Assembly: GCF_006345805.1 (NCBI RefSeq)
Contig: NW_021828005.1
Span: 1-9,141 of the forward strand
Direction: 5' to 3'
DNA length: 9,141 nt
From: Octopus sinensis
Taxonomy: Eukaryota
The notes beneath the pieces are model-generated. The model saw only the letters and a list, made by a program, of their open reading frames with translations, was not told the DNA's origin and made no database searches. Below are positions 1-8,437 of this stretch, one piece after another. Every line of letters starts with the position of its first letter. Positions within the stretch are counted from its first letter, which is position 1. The translations under genes were made by a program, and so were the position numbers.

Positions 1-45
1 GACAAAATGCCGCTAACGTACTAACGGTTTTGCTAGCTCTCCACC
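1..45 (-). mobile_element. Degenerate 5' end (A-box region) of a family-2 SINE, cut by the window edge
   Basis: The reverse complement ggtggagagctagcaaaaccgttagtacg...agcggcattttgtc resembles the 5' end of the 1242-1470 copy (cggcgcgctggcagaaacgttagcacg...ggcggtatttcgtc), with an internal deletion. Confidence 0.6.
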
Positions 46-138
46 ATATAAAAAATCTTAATATATCAGGTGAGAAAATGTGCAGGTTCTGGTCAGAATT
101 TTGAAAACAACTAAATTAGTGTAACCTGCATAATCTTC

Positions 139-541
139 TGTGGTAAGTAGCTTGCTTACGAACCATATGGTTCCGGGTTCAGTCCCATTGCGTGGCACCT
201 TGAGCAAGTGTCTTCTACTATAGCCTCGGGCCGACCAAAGCCTTGTGAGTGGATTTGGTAGACGGAAACTGAAAGAAGCCCGTCGTATATATGTATATGT
301 ATATATATATGTACGTGTGTGTTTGTGTGTCTGTTTTTGTCCCCCCAACATTGCTTGACAACCGATGGTGATGTGTTTACGTCCCCGTAACTTAGCGGTT
401 CGGCAAAAGATACCGATAGAATAAGTACTAGGCTTACAAAGTATAAGTCCTGAGGTCGATTTGGTCGACTAAAGGCGGTGCTCCAGCATAGCCACAGTCA
501 AATGACTGAAACAAGTAAAAGATTAAAGAGAGTAAAGAGTA
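139..541 (+). mobile_element. tRNA-derived SINE family 1, copy A (slightly 5'-truncated)
   Basis: It has an A-box-like tgtggtaagtagc, a B-box ggttcagtcc, a CORE-like ccttgagcaag, an internal (TA)/(TG) tract and the tail aaggcggtgctccagcat...tgactgaaacaagtaaaag. It is highly similar to 4484-4894, 5662-5988 and 8438-8872. Confidence 0.92.
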
Positions 542-750
542 TGGCCAATAATAGCGCTGAATAATTAATTGTTAAACCATTAAAGATTTCGAAAGCAAAT
601 TGATGTCTGAGGATATTTTAAATTTGAGAGTAGCTACATCATAATACGTGCTGTTTTCTTTCAACAAATACTTTGGAATTAATCATTATCATTAGAAATT
701 TGGCGAGAATATGCAAAGTCACATTTAGTCTAAAGAAGAAATTAAACGTT

Positions 751-756
751 TTTATT
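751..756 (-). promoter_or_regulatory. Possible polyadenylation signal AATAAA
   Basis: Plus-strand tttatt at 751-756 reads AATAAA on the minus strand. It lies about 860 nt after the candidate stop and is followed by U-rich sequence. Such hexamers are common in AT-rich DNA. Confidence 0.2.
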
Positions 757-1042
757 TGAATCAGATCTCCAATTATACAGTCCGAAGATTAGCATCCAAA
801 CACGACTATATGCATACTAGCACTTTGTCAGACGGAAAAAGAATAGTCAAGGTTTTAAAGGCATGATGAATGAACATTCATTTGACATTCTCCCTGATAA
901 TATTGAACAGAAAGCAAGGACACGTCGTTTCATCTGAATGAGAGAACGGACCCAAAGAAACAAGGTGAAATGAGAATTAGGCAGATATGTTTCCGTCGAT
1001 AGTATGCGACAATTATGGACGTATGTTATTGGAGGTCGTCGA

Positions 1043-1058
1043 CAGTGTAACCTATTCT
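1043..1058. repeat. Left target-site duplication (cagtgtaacctattct)
   Basis: Identical to 1472-1487. Confidence 0.9.
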
Positions 1059-1470
1059 TATTTCTTTACTGCCCACAAGGGGCTACACATAGAGGGGACA
1101 AACAAGGACAGGCATAGGTATTAAGTCGATTATATCGACCGCAGTGCGTAACTGGTACTTATTTAATCGACCCGAAAGGATGAAAGACAAAGTCGACCTC
1201 GGCGGAATTTGAACTCAGAACGTAGCGGCAGACGAAATACCTATTTCTTTACTACCCACAAGGGGCTAAACACAGAGAGAACAGACAAGGACAGATATAC
1301 GGTTTAAGTTGATTATATCGACCCCAGTGCGTAACTGGTACTTATTTAATCGACCCCGAAAGGATGAAAGGCAAAGTCGACCTCGGCGGAATTTGAACTC
1401 AGAACGTAGCGGCAGACGAAATACCGCCAAGCATTTCGCCCGGCGTGCTAACGTTTCTGCCAGCGCGCCG
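1059..1470 (-). mobile_element. Dimeric tRNA-derived SINE family 2: full monomer 1242-1470 plus 5'-truncated monomer 1059-1241
   Basis: On the minus strand it has the A-box region gctggcagaaacgttag, the B-box gagttcaaattcc and the core gactttgcctttcatcctttcggggtcgattaaataagtacc. The body occurs twice. The whole insertion is flanked by a perfect 16-bp direct repeat. Confidence 0.92.
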
Positions 1471-1471
1471 T

Positions 1472-1487
1472 CAGTGTAACCTATTCT
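1472..1487. repeat. Right target-site duplication (cagtgtaacctattct)
   Basis: Identical to 1043-1058. Confidence 0.9.
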
Positions 1488-1610
1488 AGCGAGTTACAAG
1501 ATATATGCTAAGCTGGAGACAATACTTCTAAAGGCCAGCAACAATGAGAACACTTTGTCAGAAATCACTTTTTCATAGAAAATTACGAGGATGACATTAG
1601 CGTAAATGTT

Positions 1611-1777
1611 TTATAGCTCAGCTCCTGGAATTTGAAGTTTCTGGTATAGAGACCTCTGTTTGTTGATTGGTTGATATTGTAGACCATCAGGATGACAAAA
1701 ACAGCCGATGGCTTGCATACAAATGTCAAAGAGTTGTACAAATTGCCCACTTTTCCGGGTAAATCCTGCAGCATCTG
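1611..1777 (-). CDS. Candidate downstream (terminal) coding exon, possibly exon 2 of the USP gene
   Basis: A pyrimidine-rich acceptor (ttctcgttctttcaTAG-CAG) precedes a frame of 54 codons, DAAGFTRKSGQFVQLFDICMQAIGCFCHPDGLQYQPINKQRSLYQKLQIPGAEL, ending at TAA 1613-1611. About 70% of third positions are A/T, versus about 45% in the overlapping listed ORF 1583-1774. It is phase 1 and therefore compatible with exon 9050-9122. Confidence 0.42.
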
Positions 1778-1866
1778 CTATGAAAGAACGAGAATTTCAT
1801 TAATCAAAAAGATTAAAGACATAAAGACATGTCTTTAGGCAACAATGATATAAGAGAGATTAATGC

Positions 1867-1896
1867 TTTTTTTCTTTCTTTCTTTCTTTCTTCTTT
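1867..1896. repeat. (TTTC)n microsatellite
   Basis: Read directly from the sequence. Confidence 0.85.
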
Positions 1897-2287
1897 AGGC
1901 TGTCCGGACAGGCAAAATGAATTTATATCTGATTACAGTTGCTGCAGAATTTTCTTCCTAAAATGACAATAGGCCACAGAATTCCAGTAAATTGTGACAA
2001 GCTGGCTGGTAAATTTGATCGAACAATATAGCTTTATAATTTAACCTGATTATCTCCTTTAGAATGGCACCGCATAACTGATATTTTTCTATTAGCTAGG
2101 TGATAAATTCTATTCGGTCCCTTTCTGACCACCCAGTCGCGAAATTATACAAGTCTCAGTTGCTGAGAAATCATATTCTGTTGCTTGCAGAGAAATCATG
2201 TATGTTTTGGCGCTGCCTATTTAGCGTCGCTGATTTGGCGCTGATATATTTGACATCAGACGTTTTAAGGATTCTCTCATTTTAATG

Positions 2288-2418
2288 TTTCTCTTCTTTT
2301 TACTTTCTCTCCCACTCTCTCGCTATCTTTCTCCCTTTCCATCTCTCTCTCTCTCTCTCCATCTTTCTCTCTCTCTCTCTCTCTCCATCTCCCTCTCTCC
2401 TTCTGTCTCTTTCTCCCC
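2288..2418. repeat. Imperfect (TC)n microsatellite
   Basis: Read directly; it explains ORF 2277-2492. Confidence 0.9.
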
Positions 2419-2519
2419 GTTTGTATGTGAGCGTAGTTCTCTTTATATATATATATGAGGAGACGGAAAGTCTTTATGTAAATCATGTTCAATTAATAAA
2501 TTGTAATATCTATCCCACC

Positions 2520-2620
2520 CTCTCCTTTTCTCTATCTCCCTCTCATACACACACACACCACACACACTCATACACACACACACACTCATACACACACACT
2601 CACATACACATACACACATA
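2520..2620. repeat. (TC)n/(CA)n/(CATACA) compound microsatellite
   Basis: Read directly from the sequence. Confidence 0.9.
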
Positions 2621-2759
2621 CTTTATCTGCATATAGTTCTACAAGAGCTCACGTGTGTGAGTACTTGTCTGGCAAGAGACTTGATCTGAGACCATTGCGT
2701 TGAAACTAAAACAATTACAACCTGGTGGACACGCATATTAGCCATCCAAAAACATAGCA

Positions 2760-2819
2760 TACGTATACACACACACATATATATTACATATACACATATA
2801 TTTACAACACATACACACA

Positions 2820-2865
<46 letters not shown>

Positions 2866-3128
2866 CACATATACATACATATTTATATATGTAAATATAT
2901 ATATATGCATATATATATATACACACATATATGTATATAAATATAATATATAATATATATTATTATATATATATAATATATATATATAATAATATATATA
3001 TATATAATATATACACAGTGTCCGTACTGGAGAATTCACTGGGTTTTGCATCATGAAATTTATATTCGTTTTATATATACATACATACATGTATACTTGC
3101 ACACACACACACACATATATATATATAC
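2760..3128. repeat. Compound (CA)/(TA) low-complexity tract with a perfect (TA)20 at 2822-2861
   Basis: Read directly. A short stretch of unique sequence at about 3015-3070 interrupts it. Confidence 0.9.
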
Positions 3129-3170
3129 GTACAAATAGAGAGAGAGTCAGTGAGAGAGGGGATAGAGAAG

Positions 3171-3221
3171 TTGATTGATTGATCGATCGATCGATTGATT
3201 GATTGATTGATTGATTGAATG

Positions 3222-3263
<42 letters not shown>

Positions 3264-3264
3264 G

Positions 3265-3320
<56 letters not shown>

Positions 3321-3349
3321 CTAATTGATTAATTGATTGATTGATTGAT
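3171..3349. repeat. (GATT)n tetranucleotide array, about 45 units
   Basis: Read directly; variant blocks GATC, GAAT, GACT and AATT are present. Confidence 0.95.
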
Positions 3350-3675
3350 ATTAGTGAAGTGTTATGGATTTTAAAAACTTTAATATCATTGCATTCAGGT
3401 GAGGATTATCGTCCCAATCATATTGCCGACTCTTATGCAGTAGGCTAATCTGTCGGCAGCTTAAACCTGTCTCAGAAAATATAGACTTGAAACCCGGTTG
3501 GCTGGCTGGCTGGCTGACATGTAGGTTAAGACATATAGAAACAAAGCTACCTGCTCAGATATATATAGCAACTGTATGTAAGGGATTAACAGTCCTGGCC
3601 TAGTTATTGATCTGATGTTTTTGTCAATTTTATCGTTTACATTTTAACTAACTAACTTATTACATACTCACGGTG

Positions 3676-3703
3676 TTTGTGTGTGCATGTATGTATGCAT
3701 GTC

Positions 3704-3736
<33 letters not shown>

Positions 3737-3816
3737 TCATCACCTACACACACACATGTTCGCACGTATGTTTGCACATACATACGCAAAGACACAGAGA
3801 GATATGAAAGTATTTG

Positions 3817-3869
<53 letters not shown>

Positions 3870-3936
3870 ATATAATACATGGATATGGTTATGTCAGCAA
3901 TCAGTATGAGTACAGATTTATGAACGTGTATATGTG

Positions 3937-3994
<58 letters not shown>

Positions 3995-4149
3995 TATATA
4001 TCATATATATTATACACACACATACATACATACCTACATACATACATACATACATACATACATACATACATACATACAGACACAAATACATACATACATA
4101 CATACATACATACATACATACATACATACATACATACATACATACATAC
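3676..4149. repeat. Compound microsatellite cluster: (TG), (TA), (AG), (TA)25 at 3941-3990, (CATA)n at 4021-4149
   Basis: Read directly; it explains ORFs 3677-4263 on both strands. Confidence 0.95.
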
Positions 4150-4260
4150 GTACGTATACGTACACGAAAACCATTCATATGTATCTGTTACATTAAGTGC
4201 AAACACGTTAAAGTGATCAATATATGTTTATGGCAAGGAGTGTGTGTTTTGTCTGACCCA

Positions 4261-4337
4261 TAGATAATAACTAAATGAATTTCGTTAATAACTAAATAAC
4301 TAAATAATAACATTTAGATAATAACTAAATGAATTTC
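4261..4337. repeat. 23-bp direct repeat (tagataataactaaatgaatttc), period 54
   Basis: 4261-4283 is identical to 4315-4337. The spacer is built from aataactaaat subunits. Confidence 0.85.
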
Positions 4338-4483
4338 ATCTCCTCTTATTGACCACTGGAAATCACACTTATCTGCTTACATTAACACACTACGACCTGC
4401 TAGAAATAACAACCAAATGACATCAAATCTTCACCTTAGTGTCATTAAAAAGATGGAGGTTGCAAATACTTGTTGGATTCGTA

Positions 4484-4894
4484 TCTCTTTTATCTTTTAC
4501 TTGTTTCAGTCATTTGACTTCGGCCATGCTGGAGCACCGCCTTTAGTCGAGCAAATCGACCCCAGGACTTATTCTTTGGAAGCCTAGTACTTATTCTATC
4601 AGTCTCTATTGCCGAATCGCTAAGTTACGGGGACGTAAACACACCAGCATCGGTTGTCAAGCGGTGTTGGGGGGCAAACACAGACCACAAACTTATACAC
4701 ATGCATACATATATATATATATACATATATACGACGGGCTTCTTTCAGTTTCCGTCTACCAAATCCACCCACAAGGCTTTGGTCGGCCCGAGGCTATAGT
4801 AAAAGACACTTGCCCAAGGTGCCACGCAGTGGGACTGAACCCGGAACCATGTGGTTGGTAAGCAAGCTACTTACTACACAGCCACTCCTGTGCC
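4484..4894 (-). mobile_element. tRNA-derived SINE family 1, copy B (full length)
   Basis: It is the reverse complement of copies A and E, running from ggcacaggagtggctgtg to the gtaaaag tail. Confidence 0.93.
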
Positions 4895-5135
4895 TATCCT
4901 TTATCTGTCTTTTGTCTCAGTCATTTAACTGTGGCCATGCTGGAGTACAGTGATCAAGGCTTTTAGTACTTCTTTTTTTTTTTTTTTTAAAGTCTGGTAC
5001 TTATTCTGTAGAGAACTTTTGCCGAAACGCTAAGTTACAGGAACGTAAACACACCAACACCGGCTGTCAAACTGTAGTGAGGCACAATACAATGACGCAT
5101 ACATACATATTACATACATGAGTGTATGTGTGCGT

Positions 5136-5172
<37 letters not shown>

Positions 5173-5333
5173 AACTGGCTTCTTTCAGTTTCCGTCTACC
5201 AAATTCACTCATATGGTCTTATGCAGGCCCGGCACTATTGTAAAGAATACTTGCCCAAGGTTCCACACACTGGGACTCAATCCGGAATCATTTGATTGAG
5301 ACGCAAGCTTCTTACCACGCTGCTTATGCTTGC
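4895..5333 (-). mobile_element. Older, diverged family-1 SINE, copy C
   Basis: It has the same module order as B (ggtaagaagcttgc, ccttgggcaag, ggtagacggaaactgaaagaagc, a (CA)n tract, the tail) but many substitutions and an inserted poly-A/T run. Confidence 0.85.
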
Positions 5334-5661
5334 TACAAGATACACTAAGTCTTGTTGAAAGGAAAGGAGACTGAATGACCACGATTAAAATATCTTTGAT
5401 GATATGTCTGCTGGCCTGGGGCAAAAACAAGACAGCAATGACAGCAATCATGATAACGTTTATCTTATACACTACAGTTAAATTTATTTCTTCAACGTCA
5501 ACGTTCAGCTTATCTTACAATCGTTGCTTTGATCTCACCTTACGAACTATCGAATCAACTCTGTAATGTTTCTGGACAAATACCTTTCGTCTTAAGCGGT
5601 TCTAAATGTTTCCAAACCACCACTTTGATAAATAGACAACCACCATTTTACAAAAACTTAT

Positions 5662-5705
5662 ACTGAAAGAAGCCCGTCGTATATATATATATATGTGTGT
5701 GTGTA

Positions 5706-5740
<35 letters not shown>

Positions 5741-5988
5741 CTGTGTGTGTCTGTGTGTGTTTGTGTGTCTGTGTTTGCCCCCCCCCCCCAACATCGCTTG
5801 ACAACCGATGCTGGTTTGTTTACGTCCTCGTGACTTAGCGGTTCGGCAAGAGACCCCGATAGAATAAGTACTAGGCTTACAAAGAATAAGTCCTGGGGTC
5901 GATTTGCTCGACTAAAGGCGGTGCTCCAGCATGGCCGCAGTCAAATTGACTGAAGCAAATAAAAGTATAAAAGAAAATGAATAAAAAG
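5662..5988 (+). mobile_element. Family-1 SINE, copy D (5'-truncated, no tRNA head)
   Basis: It starts abruptly at actgaaagaagcccgtcg and is colinear with A and E through the tail. Confidence 0.92.
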
Positions 5989-6097
5989 TGAATAGTTAAA
6001 AAAACCGAAAATTTACCATTTCATTGCTTCCGTCTATTACAACAATTTAACCCAGGGTCCTCACTAGAAATTTAAATTGCATCTCTCGGTTTGGTTC

Positions 6098-6418
6098 AGA
6101 GATCCTCTTCGGTCACAAATGACCATGGGATTGCACCTAGAAAGTTACCTTCCTAGGCACTGGTCCAGGCAATGTTGTTAATGGAAGACCAGCAGTTGCC
6201 TACCTTCTCCACACCACCAATGTTGTCCAAGGGAAAAGCAAAGGCTGATACGGCTTGACACCAGTGACATTGTGACTCATTTCTACAGCTTAGTGAACTG
6301 GAGCGACACAAAATAAAGTGTCTTGCTCAAGAACACAACACACAGCCCAGTTCAGGAATCGAACTCACAACCTCACGGTCATAAGATCGTCGCCCTAACC
6401 ACTGAGCCATGCGCCTTC
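6098..6418 (-). mobile_element. tRNA-derived CORE-type SINE (family 3)
   Basis: The minus strand reads gaaggcgcaTGGCTCAGTGG (A box), GAGTTCGATTCC (B box), then a CORE-like ttcttgagcaagacactt...cagttcactaagctgtagaaatgag and a 3' end ggtgcaatcccatggtcatttgtgaccgaag. A candidate TSD cggtttgg lies at 6087-6094 and 6423-6430. Confidence 0.85.
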
Positions 6419-6527
6419 ACAACGGTTTGGGTAAATCGCTATATTTGCCGCCTTATTGGTATTGTTATGGGTGTTGCTTGTTGTTATTTCGATATTGTTA
6501 TCTTTATTGTTCCTGTTACTATTCAAT

Positions 6528-6598
6528 CCTTTTGCGTTCATCCTTTTAGAATCAATAAAATAAGTCGCCTTTAGGTATGGAAATCGATATCAATCGCC
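6528..6598 (+). mobile_element. Highly decayed fragment of the family-2 SINE core
   Basis: cttttgcgttcatccttttagaatcaataaaataagt...aatcgatatcaatcg aligns with the family-2 core ctttgcctttcatcctttcggggtcgattaaataagt...ggtcgatataatc. Confidence 0.55.
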
Positions 6599-6672
6599 TT
6601 TTTGTTTCCCTCGGTCTCTTACAAACTCGAAACCAAACGTAATAACATAGCTACTGTTGATGTTTGTTTCAA

Positions 6673-7073
6673 GGAGGCGCAATGGCCCAGTGGCCCAGTG
6701 GTTAGGGTAGCGGACTCGCGGTCATAGGATCGCGGTTTCGATTCCCAGACCGGGCGTTGTGAGTGTTTATTGAGCGAAAACACCTAAAGCTTCACGAGGC
6801 TCCGGCAGGGGATAGTGGTGATCCCTGCTGTACTCTTTTCACACACAACTTCCTCTCACTCTACTCTTACTTCCTGTTTCTGTTGTACCTGTATTTCAAA
6901 GGCCGGGCTTGTCACTCTCTGTATCACGCTGAATATCCCCGAGAACTACGTTAAGGGTACACGTGTCTGTGGAATGCTCAGCCACTTACACGTTAATTTC
7001 ATGAGCAGGCTGTTCCGTTGATTCGGATCAACCGGAACCCTCGTCGTCGTAACCGACGGAGTGCTTCCATTCC
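6673..7073 (+). mobile_element. Full-length tRNA-derived SINE (family 4) with a 17-bp TSD
   Basis: It has ggaggcgcaaTGGCCCAGTGG (A box), GGTTTCGATTCC (B box) and the 3' end ggaaccctcgtcgtcgtaaccgacggagtgc. The flanks actgttgatgtttgttt (6653-6669) and actgttgctgtttgttt (7074-7090) match at 16/17. Confidence 0.88.
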
Positions 7074-7094
7074 ACTGTTGCTGTTTGTTTGTTT

Positions 7095-7720
7095 GTTCGT
7101 TTGTTGAGCGAAGCTGTCTTCGTCCCAGAGCTCGCAAGATCGCGCCTCCGTAGTGGGAGAAGTCCGAAACGTGGTCCTTTGCTATTCGTAAGACCCGCGG
7201 AAGAGAAAGCAGGTCAACCCCCCCACCACCACCACCCACCCCCGACACCGAGAGCATCGGCGGACGGACGAATGCGCATCCAGGCTCATCAGCGGTTGCG
7301 TAGGAAGTCGGGGTACTGTAGCTGTTGTTCATGTTGTGGTGGTAGGGATGAAGTAAGGTTGATACAAGTGATGGTGGTGGTGGTGGTGGCGGAGTTGGCG
7401 GGGGCGTCGTCGGCGGAGGCAGAGATGTCGGTGGCGGTGGGGGGGGCGATAAACAAGTACAGTAAATACTTTATACGCCAGGTTATTTCTAGCAATAAAG
7501 CAACATGTAAATATAGGCAAAGACAAAGATGAATAAAGGGAGTGGAGGGAGAGCCGGGTGGGGGGTTACGAAAGAGAAGAAGAAGAGAGGGGTGAGAATG
7601 TATGTAGGAGTGGGGGTGAGAGTGAGAGTGAGATTGTGGGAGTGGGCATGGGAGGGTAGAGGCAGAAGGAAAGTGAAAGTATTTTTCTGCATGGGAATGC
7701 ATTTATGAATATATTCGGAT
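7095..7720. other. CpG-rich, G-skewed island of unknown origin with (GGT/GGC)n tracts and G-quadruplex motifs
   Basis: GC and CpG content are visibly higher than in the flanks. G3 x4 motifs occur at 7538-7565 and 7638-7656. Confidence 0.5.
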
Positions 7721-8016
7721 AAACACGCGCGTCAGAAGGGGAAACAGAAGAGGGCGACGTTTGGGGTGTGGATATTTTGTACCCGTGTGTATTTTGTAAC
7801 CTTCTGTTAACTAACTTCTGTTTTAGGTTACCGAACAAAAATGTAGTTTATTTGAGTTGAGGGATGAAGGCGGGGGGGGGGCTAATTTTGTTGGTTTTTG
7901 TTTTGCTTTTTTAAACGAAAACAACAAAAGACCAACTTTATTATAGCTTCAACACCTCTCTAACTAATATCAACAGGTTGATGTAATTAAGAGTAGACGG
8001 TGATAGAAGTGAATGC

Positions 8017-8115
8017 TTCTGCTGCTACTGCTGCTAGCTGCTGCTGCTGCTGTGGCTGTTATCATTACCGCTACTGATTTTGTTTATGTTGTAATTGATG
8101 TTGTTGTTGTTGTTT
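8017..8115. repeat. Imperfect (CTG)n/(GTT)n trinucleotide tracts
   Basis: Read directly from the sequence. Confidence 0.75.
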
Positions 8116-8286
8116 AGCAACAGGTCAGCACCCCCCGATCGAACGGACATGTACGAATGATCAAGTGTTCCACTTGTACGACTATCCCGTCTCGTGACGA
8201 TTGTCTTTATCAGGGTTCATGTTATCAATTATTTACCTGCTTTTTGATTTTCCTATTTTTATTATTTTTTTTTTTAATAAAATATA

Positions 8287-8434
8287 TATTTCTTTACTAC
8301 CCACAAGGGGCTAAACATAGAGGGGACAAACAAGGACAGACAAAGGGATTAAGTCGATTACATCGACCCAGTGCGAAACTGGTACTTTATTTATCGACCC
8401 CGAGAGAATGAAAGGCAAAGTCGACCTCGGCGGA
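8287..8434 (-). mobile_element. Family-2 SINE, 5'-truncated at the B box
   Basis: It is colinear with 1059-1207 and 1242-1391 (tatttctttactacccacaagggg...gtcgacctcggcgga). Confidence 0.9.
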
Positions 8435-8437
8435 GAC

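Noticed and set aside
370-420. HDV-like 'acgtcc(c/t)cgt..ttagcgg' motif inside family-1 SINEs
   Set aside because: P3 and P1 do not pair properly and there is no catalytic C in the J4/2 position.
821-1562. 12-bp repeat cactttgtcaga (821 and 1551), and agtgtaacct at 118 matching the TSD
   Set aside because: Matches of 10-12 bp are expected by chance in 9 kb of AT-rich DNA.
1494-1613. Stop readthrough or editing of TAA 1613 to restore a full USP
   Set aside because: The next 38 codons (NIYANVILVIFYEK…) lack the G-x-R-G and GSVS motifs, and UAA would need two edits.
1583-1774. Listed ORF MLQDLPGKV…
   Set aside because: The overlapping frame fits AT-rich codon usage and the phase of the USP exon better, and this frame has no recognisable motif.
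2630-2730. Possible small exons on either strand (GTGAGT and GTGAGC donors)
   Set aside because: The peptides are unrecognisable, not USP-like, and the signals on the two strands conflict.
3424-3458. Hairpin tgccgac…gtcggca
   Set aside because: It is only a 7-bp stem with a 21-nt loop and no supporting context.
2277-4263. ORFs with YIYI, HTYI, VCMY or ERER repeats
   Set aside because: They are translations of (TA), (CATA), (TG) and (TC) microsatellites, which lack stops in some frames.
6340-6760. tRNA genes at the SINE heads
   Set aside because: A and B boxes are present, but there is no complete cloverleaf with an acceptor stem, and they run into SINE bodies.
7110-7295. Self-cleaving ribozyme (HDV-like or hammerhead) in the CpG island
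   Set aside because: CTGATGA (minus) and CGAAAC (plus) are on opposite strands. An HDV-like fold gives partial P2 and P3 but no P1.1 GG, no P4 and a mismatched P1. An Infernal/Rfam search would be decisive.
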